Shown in pieces: positions 48,063-60,389 of a stretch of DNA of 64,000 nt. Each line of letters opens with the position of its first letter. Position 1 is the first letter of the stretch. Source of the stretch: Prorocentrum cordatum. Lineage: Eukaryota. Position numbers and translations under genes: made by a program. The stretch lies in the NCBI GenBank assembly GCA_963575745.1, contig CAUYUJ010000217.1, forward strand, positions 1 through 64,000. Reading direction: 5' to 3'. The notes below the pieces were generated by a model, which was not told the DNA's origin, made no database searches, and saw nothing but the letters and a program-made list of their open reading frames with translations.

Positions 48063-51000
48063 TATTGATACTCGTCCCTGCTGCAGCGATGCGCCGTCAG
48101 GGCGCGGCTCTTTCTGGCTGCCCGTGCGTCTCGGCGAGCGCTCGTCGCACATGCTGGCCCAGATGAATTTTCAGATTTTCTAGGCGCTCGGCGCTCGTCT
48201 GCGCCCAACGAGCGCGCCACACGCTTGCACGCGCGGGCGTATCACTCGCACGGGACAGTCGTCGGAACACAAGCATCTTGTTGTGTGCTGACAATTCCCA
48301 ATGGGAAGTTGCACTTGAGGCCGTTGGAGTTTTGCCAACAAGTCTTGGGTGTGAGGCTGGGTGATTTGTTCGAGCATTCGAGTTGGCGATTTCGAGGTCG
48401 CTAAGTGTGAATTGCATAGTCCTTCGTCTGATGAGAGCAGGCCATGCCCCCTTACCGAGGCCAGGGTGAACGACTCCCCTCCGTGTATCAGCGTGTCATA
48501 GATATTATGCAAGATCGTTCGATTCATGTGCATATGTACATGCATCTACATCTATACGATGTTAGCCCAACGAGGATCCCAAACAATGTTTGTAGCAATG
48601 TATGATGAGCAATGCATGTGGAGCAGTATCCAGCTGCCTACGCCAAGTCCCGCCGCCGTGTTTGGGTTGTGCGTCACAAGCCTGTTGGATGTTCGTGGAG
48701 ATCTTGTGGGAGACCTCTCGGTGGCCTCTTGGAGGCAGTTGCGAGGCCTCTGGGGGGCTGGGGGGCTTCTCTTGGGCCTCTTGGGGGCCTCTTGGGGCCT
48801 TTGGGGGTCCTCTTGGGGGCCTCTGGGGGCCTCCTGTGGCCTCTTGGGCGCCTCTTGGGGCCTCCTGGGGGTCTTTAGGGGCGGAAGGCTCGGATTATCG
48901 GTTCGTGTCCTCTTTGGGCCCCCTTTCGGGGGCCGTCTTGGGGCCCTCTTGGACCGTCTTGCGCGCTTTTTGGGCCGTCTTGGGGCCCTGTAAGACCGTC
49001 TGCCGTCTTCGGGCCCTTTTAGATGCCTCTTGAACTGTTTTGGGGTGGTCTGGGGGGCCTCTTGGGCTGTCTGGTAGCGTCAAGAAAGCGAAAAGGCGAG
49101 AACGCCAATCTGTCAACACATCCATACTGTTTGCCTGTGGGGGCCCTCTTGAGGGGCCTCTTGGGGCGCCTTGGAGGCCTTTTGGGTCATCGTGAGGCCA
49201 TCTTGAGCGTCTTCGACCGATAGTTCGGCGACTCGGGGCCCTCTTGGACCGTCTTGGGGGCCTCCTGGGCCGTCACGGAAGCCTTGAAGAGCCCCAGGGA
49301 GGCACCATGGCCGCCCAGACCCCCCAGGAGTAGGGGCGCTACACTCCCTTGGGTGTGACCAGGAGGATGCGGCGGTCCCTTAGAAGACTACAGGCACCCT
49401 GCCAGCAGCCCTTGGCATTCTTCCACGCCTCAACGTGCCGCAGGCACGGTGGCGGATACGTGGTGCAAATCATGTGGTGTCATATACATGGTGCAATCTG
49501 TGTGGCGCGATATATATATATATATATAGTCTGGTATATATATATAGATGGTATATATATGGTGTGATCTACGTTGTGAGACCTATGCTGTGCAATGTAT
49601 GTGGCGTGCGATGTATGTTATGTCATCCCTGTGGTGCACTCTACGTTGTGGCACCTATGTGGTGCAAGCTGCAAAGTGCAATCTACACTGTGCAATCTGC
49701 GCGGTGCAATTCATTTGTGGAACTCGCAATTGCCAATTCCACTGCTCGCGCAATCATCCCACCCACCCGCCCGCAATGTGTTTAGCAAAACGCATGCTGT
49801 GGCGATTGCTATGAGTGCTGGGTGTTGGCTGGTGCATCTCTCCGGCCGCGCTAGCCCGCGCATGCTCGCGCGCGCAGCGGCCAGCTAGTTTGGCGCGGCC
49901 GCCGCGGCCACGGTGGCGCTGACCTTTGGGCACTTCCCACCGGGCACTTCAATGCAAATCGGCCGCTTGGGCGTGCGCGGTATCATGGCAACGTCGACAG
50001 TAGTAGACGCGATGGTGATAGAAGCGGCGTTGGTGACGATCAGGACAACAGTGACGACACTGAATTCCTGTTCATAAGGGAGTATACACGAGGGGTAATA
50101 TATGTCGTGGTTTTCGTTTTTAAAAGCGTTGACGAAAACCCCTTCTCTTGCAAACGTCTCACCCACCCACTTTTCAAAACGCATGCGACGGCGGCTGCGA
50201 TGAGTGATTGGCGATTGGCGACGATTGCGATGACAATGCGAAGCGATGTATCGTTGACCCCGGGAGGGTAGATCCTAATTTTTTTTTGACCAAAGAACCT
50301 ACGTGGTGCAATCCTTGCGGTGCACTATATACGGTGCAATCAAGTGTTGAAGAACCTGGAGTTATAAACTCCACTGCTGGCGCGATCAGCCCACCCTCCC
50401 ATCCGCACCTTGTTTGGCAAAACCCATGCGGCGGTGATTGCGACGATTGCTTGGCAATGGTTGGCGCATGTTTGCGGCCGTGCTATCGCGCGCAAGCTCG
50501 CGCGCAGAGCGTCCAACTAATTTGGCACGGCCGACGCGGCCGCGGTGGCGCTGACCGGTGTGAACTTCCCTGCGCGTGTCACACGTTGCGCTGGCTCGCG
50601 GACGTTTCCTTGCGTGTCGGTGAGTCGCGCGGGTGCGGTACCATGGTGGTGTCGTCAACGGTGGGAACGATGACGATAGTAGCGATGATGGTGACGACGC
50701 TGACGATGACGATGGCAAGGCCAGTGACGACGCCGATGCTGGTCACGCCGATGACGATGATGATGTCCACGTGTCGTTGATGAGGATTCGGGATGGATTT
50801 CGACATGCGCGCACGGCCGACGCGCGCGAGTGGCCCGCATGGTATTTTTCAGGAAGGACCGCGCTCAAGGAAGCGCCCAAGGGCGTTCGAATGATTTTGC
50901 CGCGCCCGCGGGAGGCCTTCGTGGTTTAAGTTGACAGTGTTTTCAACACGTATGGTGTTTTTTTCCGGAAATCGCAGAAACACGCGCGCTGAGTACACGT

Positions 51001-51254
51001 TTCCGGGAACCTTGATCTTGATATCCTTACGAACAGGGCCATTTTCCGAAGAAATTCGACATGCGCGCGCGACGACGCCCGCGCGTGCATATTTGTTTGC
51101 GAAGGGTGCTTAGACATTGCTGTTTGTTTGATAAACTCGTGCTCGCGCATAACAAGTTGCACGCGTGCCCTGGCCTTTGCACCAAGGAGCTGCTAGAGAC
51201 AGGAGGTTTTCGCCTCCTTCGTCCAGGAATTTACTTTTGTGGCCGTCGGGGGGA

Positions 51255-51975
51255 GGACGAACGACGAACGAACGAACGACGACGACGAACGAAAATAAAG
51301 AGGTCCAAGCTCTAGAGCACAGCTGTGCAAGAGAATAAAGGGTCCAGGGCGAGGGGGGCTGGGGCCAGGGCCGGGGGGGGGGAGGCTGGGTCCAGGGCCA
51401 GGGCCAGCGGAGCGATGGGGGGCTGGGGCCAGGACCAGGGGGGGAGGTTGGGTCCAGGGCCAGGACCGTACCAGGGACGACGACGAGCGAAAATAAAGGA
51501 TCCAGGGCGAGGGGGGCTGGGGCCAAAGCCAGGGGGGGAGGCTGGGTCCAGGGCCAGGGCCAGCGGGGCGATGGGGGGCTGGGGCCAGGACCACGGGGAG
51601 AGGTTGGGTCCAGGGCCAGGACCGGACCAGGGATGACGACGAACGAAAATAAAGGATCCAGGGCGAGGGCGAGGGGGACTGGGGCCGGGGGGGGGGGGAG
51701 CTGGGTCCAGGGCCAGGGCCAGCGGGGCGATGGGGGGCTGGGGCCAGGACCAGGGGGGGAGGTCGGGTCCAGGGCCAGGACCGTACCAGGGACGACGACG
51801 AGCGAAAATAAAGGGTCCAGGGCGAGGGGGACTGGGGCCAGGGCCGGGGGGGGGGAGGATGGGTCCAGGGCCAGGGCCAGCGGGGCGAGGGGGGCTGGGG
51901 CCAGGACCAAGAGGGGAGGGACGACGACGAGCGAAAATAAACAGGCCCGAGCTCTAGAGCACAACTGTGCAAGAT
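51255..51975. repeat. ~150-165-bp G-rich minisatellite (CCAGGG units, GACGACGAGCGAAAATAAA anchor)
   Basis: Four to five tandem units; GCTCTAGAGCACA.CTGTGCAAGA occurs at both ends. Confidence 0.85.
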
Positions 51976-53786
51976 AATATTATTTGACCAAGATGAGGAG
52001 GGCGGCAAGGGTACACCTTGGAATGGTATGCGCTTATCCGCAGAATGAACGATGAGGCGGGCCCGTTTGTCATTTGCAGTGTCCAACGGGGAGAGGGGGT
52101 CGAATGTATATTCCTTCTAGAAAGGGAAATCCATGCGAGGCGGCGACGCGGCGGCGACGGCGAGAACACAGCCGCCAGACCGAACCGCAGGCCCGGACGA
52201 GGCGGCGACGGGGCGGCGACGGTGAAAACGGAGCTGGCAGACCAACACCCTGGCCCAGACGACGGGCGGCAACGAGGCGGGGACGGGGCAGCGATGGCGA
52301 GAACATGGCCGCCAGGCCAACACCTCGGCCCAGTTCCTTCATACACCCAAGTGGGAGCCTTCATGTGCACATATTGCTTGGGGGATATATAGTCCCCGGC
52401 CGTTCAAAGTCGAGCTCCCCGCCACCTGTGTCAAAGAATACGATGCGGTGCACAAGACCTGGTCTAACACACGCATGTTGTAACGAGCGCAAGCAAGTGA
52501 AGCTGTGCAGGCCAGCTCATGCCGGCCACGCTGGGATGGTCTGGGATAGCGCAGCACACATGAGAGAAGGCATTGTGGGGAGAGGTGCCGTGAAGTCTGG
52601 CCTCGGCAAGGGTGCATATTCTAATCCTATGTAGGAGAGGGAATATGTGATGTCCAACCAGCATTGTGGTGCAGAATATGGTGCGCAGTCCACCCCTGCT
52701 GACATCCGCACGCGAGCCGCCCCCATGTTTAAACAAACATCCCACCCTCCCACGCGACGCAATGGCGCGAGGATCTTTCACGTTCATTCGTCGGGCCACA
52801 CGCACGAGCGCAGAGGCGCGCGTGTGGCCCCATCGGCCGTGTCAAATCATACACAGACCCGGGCGCGACGATCTAACGAACGCGTTTTAGCAGAACCGGT
52901 TCACACATCAGTATGCAAGTATAGTGTTCCAAGCATTTCAAAGTCAAGCTTTCCGAGACACAATCAAACATATTGTGACGCCACCAATGTGCTTGTCGGT
53001 CCTGCTCGTCTCTGACGGTGCCTTGTGCCGACTCACACCGAGTGATTGACCTCTGCGTGTTTGTGGTCGCGCCGCCGCGCCATTTTGGCTGCGCTTACTT
53101 GCTGGTCGCCACCGGGATCTCCACGCCACCGGGTTGGGAGTTTCGTTTCTGGCTCTTTTTCTGAGTGGCTGCCCGCGCGTTCGTTTCGCTTGCCTCTCTT
53201 TTCTTGCTGCCTAGTCGCGGCCCGACTAGTGTTCGGACGGCTTTCGACCTGCTTCGCGAGCCCGCAGACCCCCCAAAAAATATCCCCACCAGCCCATCCA
53301 AAAGCAATCGCAAGGCGAGTTACCTTGGTGAGGTAAGTGTAGTAGCGACGACGATGATGACACGATTGCTCCATCAAGGCCTCTGCGGGTCTTTCGCCCT
53401 GGGGCCCTTTTGGAGGCCTTCAGGGGTCATCTTGGAGCCCTCGTGGGCCCCTCCTTGGGCTCTCTTGGGGCCCTCTTTGGGGCCTATGGGGGGTCTCTTG
53501 GGGCCCTCTTAGAAGCCTCGGAGGGCTGAGGCCAGATTGGAGACCATCGGTCTGCCAAGGGGGCGGCCCGTCGGGGCCTTCTGGATCACCTCTTGGGGCG
53601 CTCTTGGGGCCGTTTTGGGGTTCCATCGGGCCCCTCGTCGGGCTCTCTTGGCAAATCTTGGAGCCGCCTTGAGGCTTCCGAAGCCCAGTGGAAGCGAAAA
53701 GATGAGAAGGCAATACGACACAACACAACACAACACAACACAACACAACACAACACAACACAACACACACACACACAACACAACAC

Positions 53787-53853
<67 letters not shown>

Positions 53854-53909
53854 GCGCGCACGCACGCACGCACGCACGCACGCGCACGCACGCACGCACG
53901 CACGCACGC

Positions 53910-53948
<39 letters not shown>

Positions 53949-54934
53949 GATGTGTCCTTCGATGTTGGAAGGATGTTGGCCTCTCGGGGGTGTTCGTGTG
54001 AGGCTCCGTGGCCATTCGAAGCCGTCTTGGAGCGGTATTGTGGCCTCTTGAAGGCACGCTGGAGGCTATCTGGACCTATCTTGGGCTACGTTTTGCGATA
54101 TTGGAGGCCACCTTGTGCTATCTGAATCCGGCTCGGGGCCATCTGGACAACTACACATTCGGACTCCCTCTGCCCTGACCCTGTCCGGAAGATGCTCGAC
54201 CCTCTCCGCTTACTCACTGGATTTCAGAAGTTGTGTTACGTGTGTTTGCAGTCCGATTGTTGTCGGTGTACAGTCGGGGCGCTGAAGAAGGAACCCTTTT
54301 CGTTGGGGAGGGTCTCGGTGTTCCTCGGTTGCTTCACAGTTTGCCTTAGGTTTTCCTGAGGCTTCCCAGGGGGAGTCGAAGAAGGGGCCTCGTTCCTTAT
54401 TTAGGGTTCCTTAGGTCAACGCCCCGACTGTAGATTGTGTTCCCGCTGAGGCGTAGCATCTTCTGATCGGCGTTGTGTTCCCGTCGTTCAGAGTGGCGCT
54501 CTCGCTCCAGCGCGGGCCTCTTCTCTAGATCCGAGTCCGTTTGCATCGTCGTCGCCCCTCCTCGTGTCCCCGTCTTCGCCGTCCCCTGGTCATCCTGCTC
54601 CTCCCACTCCTTCGCTCCAGCCCCTGCTGCTGCTTTTTGTCCTCGTCCTCCTTCGTCCTCCTCCTTTTCCTCCTGCTCATCCTCCTGCTCATCCGCTGCC
54701 TCATCCTCCTCCTCCCCCGGTGTACGCAGTTCCCCTTGTGGGATTGCGCATAACACGATGGTTTTTTGGGGGGAGTTCCCAGTCGGCTATGACACGCGTC
54801 TACGGATAGAGAACAAAGCAGCGCAATGGAAAGGGACGAGATGGAGGAATAGGATGTCAGATGTGGCGCGGAGATGCTGGGGGGGAATAGCAATTAACCT
54901 CTCCCCGAAGAGAAGAGGGGGGTTGGCCACGGTC

Positions 54935-55088
54935 GCCATCATTATCATCGTCATCATCACCACCATCAGCAGCATCACCACCATCATCATCAGCATCAAA
55001 ATCATTACCGTCATCATCATCATCATCATCATCATCGTCGTCATCATCATCATCATCGTCATCATCATCGTCATCGTCATCGTCATCG

Positions 55089-55141
<53 letters not shown>

Positions 55142-55268
55142 GTCATCGTCATCGTCATCGTCATCATCATCATCATCGCCGTCATCCTCATCATCAGCAG
55201 CAGGAGCATCTTCATCCTCCTCCTCCTCATCGTCATCTTCACCACTATCATCGTCGTCATCGTCATCA
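54935..55268. repeat. (CAT)/(CGT) microsatellite
   Basis: Direct reading. Confidence 0.9.
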
Positions 55269-55291
55269 TCCGTAGCCAGTTTTTGCTCGAG
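55269..55291 (+). other. Relic spliced leader
   Basis: TCCGTAGCCAGTTTTTGCTCGAG, ending 60 nt upstream of ATG 55351. Confidence 0.75.
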
Positions 55292-55350
55292 CCTCTGGCA
55301 TACCTGGCGTTGTCTCCGCACCTCAGGCTCTGCTGCTCTCCCTTGCCGCG

Positions 55351-55875
55351 ATGAACCGCGTGGTGCTCGCCGTGTTCGCCCTCCTGCTCTCCAGCCATGG
55401 CTGCGTCGCCGATGAGAAGACAACGACCATGGAGGAGCGCCGCCTGACGGACGACACCACCATGGGCGACGACACGACGAGCGCCGCGCCTCGCACCGGA
55501 AGCCCTGGCACCGTCCTCCTGGCGCTCCTCGCGTTCCTGATCGTGGGCAACGCGGCGGGGGCGGCACTGGACGAGTCCACCACAATGGCCGACGAGCGCC
55601 GCCTGACGGACACCACCATGGGCGACGACACGACGAGCGCCGCAGCTCGTAGCGGCGCCTTCGGCACCATGCTCCTGGCGCTCCTCGCGTTCCTGTTCGT
55701 GGGCAACGCGGCTGGGGCGGCAGTGGACGAGTCCACCACAATGGCCGACGAGCGCCGCCTGACGGACACCACCATGGGCGACGACACGACGAGCCCCGCA
55801 GCCCCACGCGCGTCGTTCCGGACGGCGCCGCTCTTCACCCTTGCTGTGGCGTTCGGTCTTGCATCGCAGCACTAA
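55351..55875 (+). CDS. Secreted/membrane protein of three tandem ~60-aa units (hydrophobic segment + ERRL + Thr/Asp-rich peptide)
   Basis: Signal-peptide-like N-terminus, three ERRLT(D)DTTMGDDTTS repeats, hydrophobic C-terminus, GC3-rich codons and an upstream SL relic. Confidence 0.75.
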   Translation: MNRVVLAVFALLLSSHGCVADEKTTTMEERRLTDDTTMGDDTTSAAPRTGSPGTVLLALLAFLIVGNAAGAALDESTTMADERRLTDTTMGDDTTSAAARSGAFGTMLLALLAFLFVGNAAGAAVDESTTMADERRLTDTTMGDDTTSPAAPRASFRTAPLFTLAVAFGLASQH

Positions 55876-57081
55876 GGTCTGAAAGGGGCATGCTTGTAGC
55901 AGAATGTCTTCCCGGCTTCCAAGCTTCTCCTCTCATGAATTCAGTTCAAGCCACCCCTGACTCAGTGCAGCGGCAGCGAGCCCTCGCAAAGGCCTGGGCG
56001 CTGCGGCCGGGCAGCCCGTCTCCCCGAAAGACCAAGTCCAGAGGGCCCAGAGGCTTGCCCTGTTGCAGGTCCGCAGGAGGCTCGGATGGCGGCGTGCGGC
56101 TGGTCACCCGCCACATCAAGCGCAGACTGATCACCGGGGCCAACCCCGGGTGCAGCGGCCCTCGCAAAGTCGCGGGGCCGCGGGCCTCCCTGGGAGCGGC
56201 CCAGGCACGCAGCCGCGCTGCCCATCCCCTCGCGAGTCTGAAGAGGTCGGTGCCGGGAGCGAAGAGTTCCGTGCCGGATGTGCGTCTCCGTGGCGCGTGG
56301 TCGAAGTTGCGGCAAGTGCCGGGGTCCGGTGGGATGTGTCCTCGATCGTTGGAGCTGGCGGTTCCGAGTCCTTCCAGCGTGGAGGCAACCGAGTAGGACA
56401 TGCGGTGGGCACCGAGAGTGCAAGACCCCATCGAGAGCACAGAATGCAGCACATGAGGCAGCACTTCCAGTGCACATCGAGGGTACAATGACCCACTGTT
56501 CGGGGCCCACGCGGGCGAACAGCCTTAGTCTTCTTGTCTGTCCCATCCTCTTGGGGGAGGAGGAGGAGGAGGAGGAGGAGGAGGAGGAGGAGGAGAAGGA
56601 GGAGGAGGAGGAGGAGGAGGAGGAGGAGGAGGAGGGGGAGGGGGAGGGGGAGGAGGGGAGGGGGTTACGGGAGGAGGAGGAGAAGGAAGGAGGAGGAGGA
56701 GGAGGGGGAGGAGGAGGAGGAGGAGAAGGAAGAGGAGGAGGAGGAGGAGGAGGAGGAGGCGGCCAGGCCTGCCGCCGTAGAAGAGGGGCCCGCCCAGAGA
56801 CCTGATGTAGGTCTGGTTGTAGGTCCGATCCCGGCATGGAGATTTGAGTTCCCGCTGGTAGCGACACAACTTGTGGTTCGCCAGGTATCCGTGTTACATC
56901 GACGCCCGGATGCACTCGGAGGTTTTCGGAATTAGCTCGAAGATTTCATTCAGTGTTCCACGGGGTAGGGCGCTGGGAGCCTCAAGGGGGCCGCAATGTT
57001 CCAGCAACGAAGTGCCCAGAAAGCCGTCCCCAACAGGGAAGATAAGATGATCCAGGACGGAGGTGGGGCCTCCGTTCTTCC

Positions 57082-57471
57082 AGGCCTCCCAGATGGGGTC
57101 TGAGAAGGTGGGGTCGGGGGATCGCGGTGCCTCGCCGATGCATCGGCGATGCGGCTCGCTGTGGAGCCCGATTTGCTCCACGCCGACGTCGCCGATGCAC
57201 CGCCGACGTCGCCGATGCACCGCCGATACATCGGCGATGCGGTGCAATCCGACCCCATCTGCTCCAACTCCGCCCCGGAGGGCTCCAGAGAGGTCGGGAG
57301 GTCGGTCGACCGCCGAGGTCCCAGGGGGATCGCGGATCGCCACATGGCTCACATGGCTCCCGCTCCCCGTCCTCCGCGGCTGCATCTGGCGCGCGCGGCT
57401 GTGGGCAGCAACCGCCTCTCGCGGGCAGCAGCCGCTCCGACCCCATCTGCTCGGACCCCATCCAGGAGGCC
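57082..57471. mobile_element. Fold-back/MITE-like element with CGCCGATGCATCGGCG internal palindromes
   Basis: GGCCTCCCAGATGGGGTCTGAGAAGGTGGGGTCGG / CCGACCCCATCTGCTCGGACCCCATCCAGGAGGCC. Confidence 0.65.
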
Positions 57472-57876
57472 TCTGGTTCTGTGGCGTGCTACAGTCAACC
57501 CGCAGAGTTAGCAAGGATGAGCAGCTGTGCAAGGCTGCCCTTGCATCCTTGCCCCATCCGGCCGGTCCTTCTCTTCACCCCTCCGTTTCAGGGTACAGGC
57601 CACCCCCAGTTACCCCCCATGCAGGTCACCCCCCTTTTGGGGTCCTTTTGCTTCGCCTCCCGTTTGGGTCACCCCCCCATGACCACCCGCCCGAGCCTCG
57701 GAGCCGTCTCTGTCCAGGGCGGCGGCGCGAGGACGCGAAGGCAAACCGTGCGTCGGGCCTCGCGCCAGACCGTGTGAGGTGGTCGACATCGACCTGGGGG
57801 CCCCGCACCGCACCGCATGGGCCCGAGCAGCTGCCTTCGCATCCACACCACCAGTAGTCGTTGCAGATGCCTTGCC

Positions 57877-58037
57877 TTAAGTCGGGCCTGTCCCTCTACA
57901 GGGGGAAGATTCAAAAATAGTAGAAACATAGTCTGGGGACTATTGTTTTAGTATTCCTGGGCATCTTTTGACTATGTTTTGAGTCTTTTCCATTTTTCCG
58001 TACAGAATCCCCCTGTAGGGGGACAGGCCCGACCTGA
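57877..58037. mobile_element. hAT-like MITE, second copy
   Basis: Matches 2057-2215; 8-bp TSD GCCTTGCC. Confidence 0.85.
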
Positions 58038-58436
58038 GCCTTGCCCTTGAACGTCGTACCAGCCGCGCTTACAGCTTCCTCCACAATTGCTCAGTTTGGA
58101 GCCGTCAGGGGGTCCGAGGTGACCCAGCACTGGGCCTGGCCAACAGGAAGGGCGGGCACGTTCGAGGTCCCGGGCTCGGGAACGTTTGTTGCCTTTTTCG
58201 GCCTCCCGGGGGCCGTCTCCGGGCCCTCGGACAGTCAAAACGGATACGGGGTGCACACCGGATGGACCCCAGGAGGTGTCCAGAGACTGATTTAGAACGA
58301 ATTTGGTTCCTACCCCCTTCCGTGCCGATTATCTGTGGTCCCCACCAGTTCAGACCCCCTTGGCCGCCTCCAAGGTGCAGGTGTGCAGTTGGCGCCATTA
58401 CGCAGGCTCTTGCGGCAAGATTGACCCCTGAGCTCC

Positions 58437-58458
58437 TCCGTAGCCGTTTGGCTTGTAG
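58437..58458 (+). other. Relic spliced leader
   Basis: TCCGTAGCCGTTTGGCTTGTAG; separated from the gene by a TA-CAGT-starting MITE-like insert (~58459-58635). Confidence 0.6.
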
Positions 58459-58678
58459 TACAGTCAGCCCGCATAGTAAGGATGGGCAACCTTCCCAAGG
58501 GTACCCTTGCATCCTTGCCTCCTCGGTCCATCCTTCGCCGCTTTCGCTTGCCGCGCCCCGCTCGAAAAGCTTTGAAATGGGCGTCCAAGGCCCTTGCATC
58601 CTTGTCGCGCATCCTTACCTTGGCTGCCAGCCTGTCTCTCTTCCCTCCTCAGCCGCTCTCCTTGATGCAGCGCGCCCT

Positions 58679-60343
58679 ATGCGATGCAAGTGGCCAGCTG
58701 CGTGCGCGACGCTGGGCCTAACCTGCCTCACCGCCGTCTCGCTGCGGGGCCAATCGAGGGATCCTGGCCTGCTGTCGGTCACGGTGCTGCGGCAGGCGCC
58801 GCCGCCCGCACAAGCGCAGGGGCAGCCGGGCGCGCTGGGCCCAGGGCCGCGGCAGGTCTCGCCGCCGGCGCCGGCGGACGCGCGGCCTGGCGCGCTGGAC
58901 CTGGCGCCGCGACAGGCTGTCAAGCAGTGGCGAAGCGTCCCGGCTCGCCTATAGCCCCACCAACCAGTGTTCTAAGACGTTTTTGTGGCTCCCACGGAGT
59001 GTTCTTAGAACAGTTCTGGCTGGGGCTGTCTTGTTTTAGCACATCGGGTTCATGTTCTAAGAACATTGCTTCTGTTCTTAGAACCTTTCTGGGTTCTAAG
59101 AACATGTCGTGGTATGACTGTAGGACTGCCGGCAAAGGCTTCGCCACAGGCGTCTGCGGCGGCTCCGGCTCCAGAGGGCGCGCGGAGTTCGGCACAGCGG
59201 CAGGCCTCGCCGCCAGCGGCCGCGAGCGCACCGGCAGAGGCGAAGCAAGATGTGGTGGCAGTGCTGCCACCGCAGGCTGAAGCCCCGCCGCTGGCAGCGG
59301 CGAGCGCGCTGGCAGAGGTGAAGCAAGACGTGGTGGCAGGGGTGCCACCGCAGGCTGAAGCCCTGCCGACAGCGCCAGCTCATGCGGCGACGCGCGCCTG
59401 GCGGGACAAGGACTCCGTAGTGCCAGACGTTTGCCCAGTGTGTCCAGAGGTGCCAAAGAGCTTGATAATCCTTGACGGCCAAATCACAGCGGGGCTGGGC
59501 GACAGGCATTTCCTGTTCCAGAGGATCGGCGGAATAGCAAGGCTGCTGTGCGCCAATTTCACGGCGCGGTCGCCTCGCGAGCAGCTCGGGCCCTACTTCA
59601 ACGACGGGCACCTGGTGAGCGCTAGCGTCGGCTGGGATCGTTATTTTGACACGCAGAGCTTTCCGGGACCCAGGCTGTACAACAAAAGTGATTGGAAGGT
59701 GAGATTTAATCAGACGCCGCATGACACGATTGAGGACAATCGTTCCGACCATACGATCTCTTCGAGGATGTCTGATTTTTCGCGGGGCCTGGCCGCGGCG
59801 CTTGAAGGTAGGTCTTTCACTTGGCACATCCGCTCTTGGCTGTTGAGCGACACGTGGACGAAGCTGGCCCGCAAGGTGTGGCCTGGGGTAGAGAAGTGTG
59901 TTGGCGAGGTGCAGCTTCGGCGATCTCCATTTGTCGGGGAGATCGCCGGGCAAGTTATTGCTCAGCTGGGCTTGAAGCGAGGCGGTTTCAGCACGCTCCA
60001 CATCCGCAGGCTGAAGGACGTCCGTGCCAGATGTAATTCCGACGTGCCAGTAACGCTGCGTTACATGTCTTGCGCTGCTCAGTCAGAGACAGCCCCCGTG
60101 CTGCTCTTCACTGACGAGCTGGACGAGGGCTATTTGAAGCCGCTGCTGGCAGGCCTGACCGCTCTCGGTCTGACTGTGCACCACGGGGACCCAGTTGCCA
60201 CCAGGATCGTGAACGAGCTTGGCACGGGCCCAGACAACTTCCTGGTTTATTTTGTGAGCAAGGAAATACAGGCATGGGCCTCACGCCAATTCTTCAGATC
60301 ATGGCACAACTGCCCGCCAGTACCCCGGGAGCCGTGCCACTAG
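58679..60343 (+). CDS. Putative GT-B fucosyltransferase-like glycosyltransferase (exons 58679-58915 and ~59138-60343)
   Basis: N-terminal signal/anchor, Pro/Ala stem, then AGLGDR, TLHIRR..D, VLLFTDE and DNFLVY, as in the GT11/GT23/O-FucT clan. Both ORF parts share one frame. Confidence 0.65.
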
Positions 60344-60389
60344 AGACCAGCTGCGGAAGTCTCCTCGTCTTCATCCTCCTCCTCCTCCA

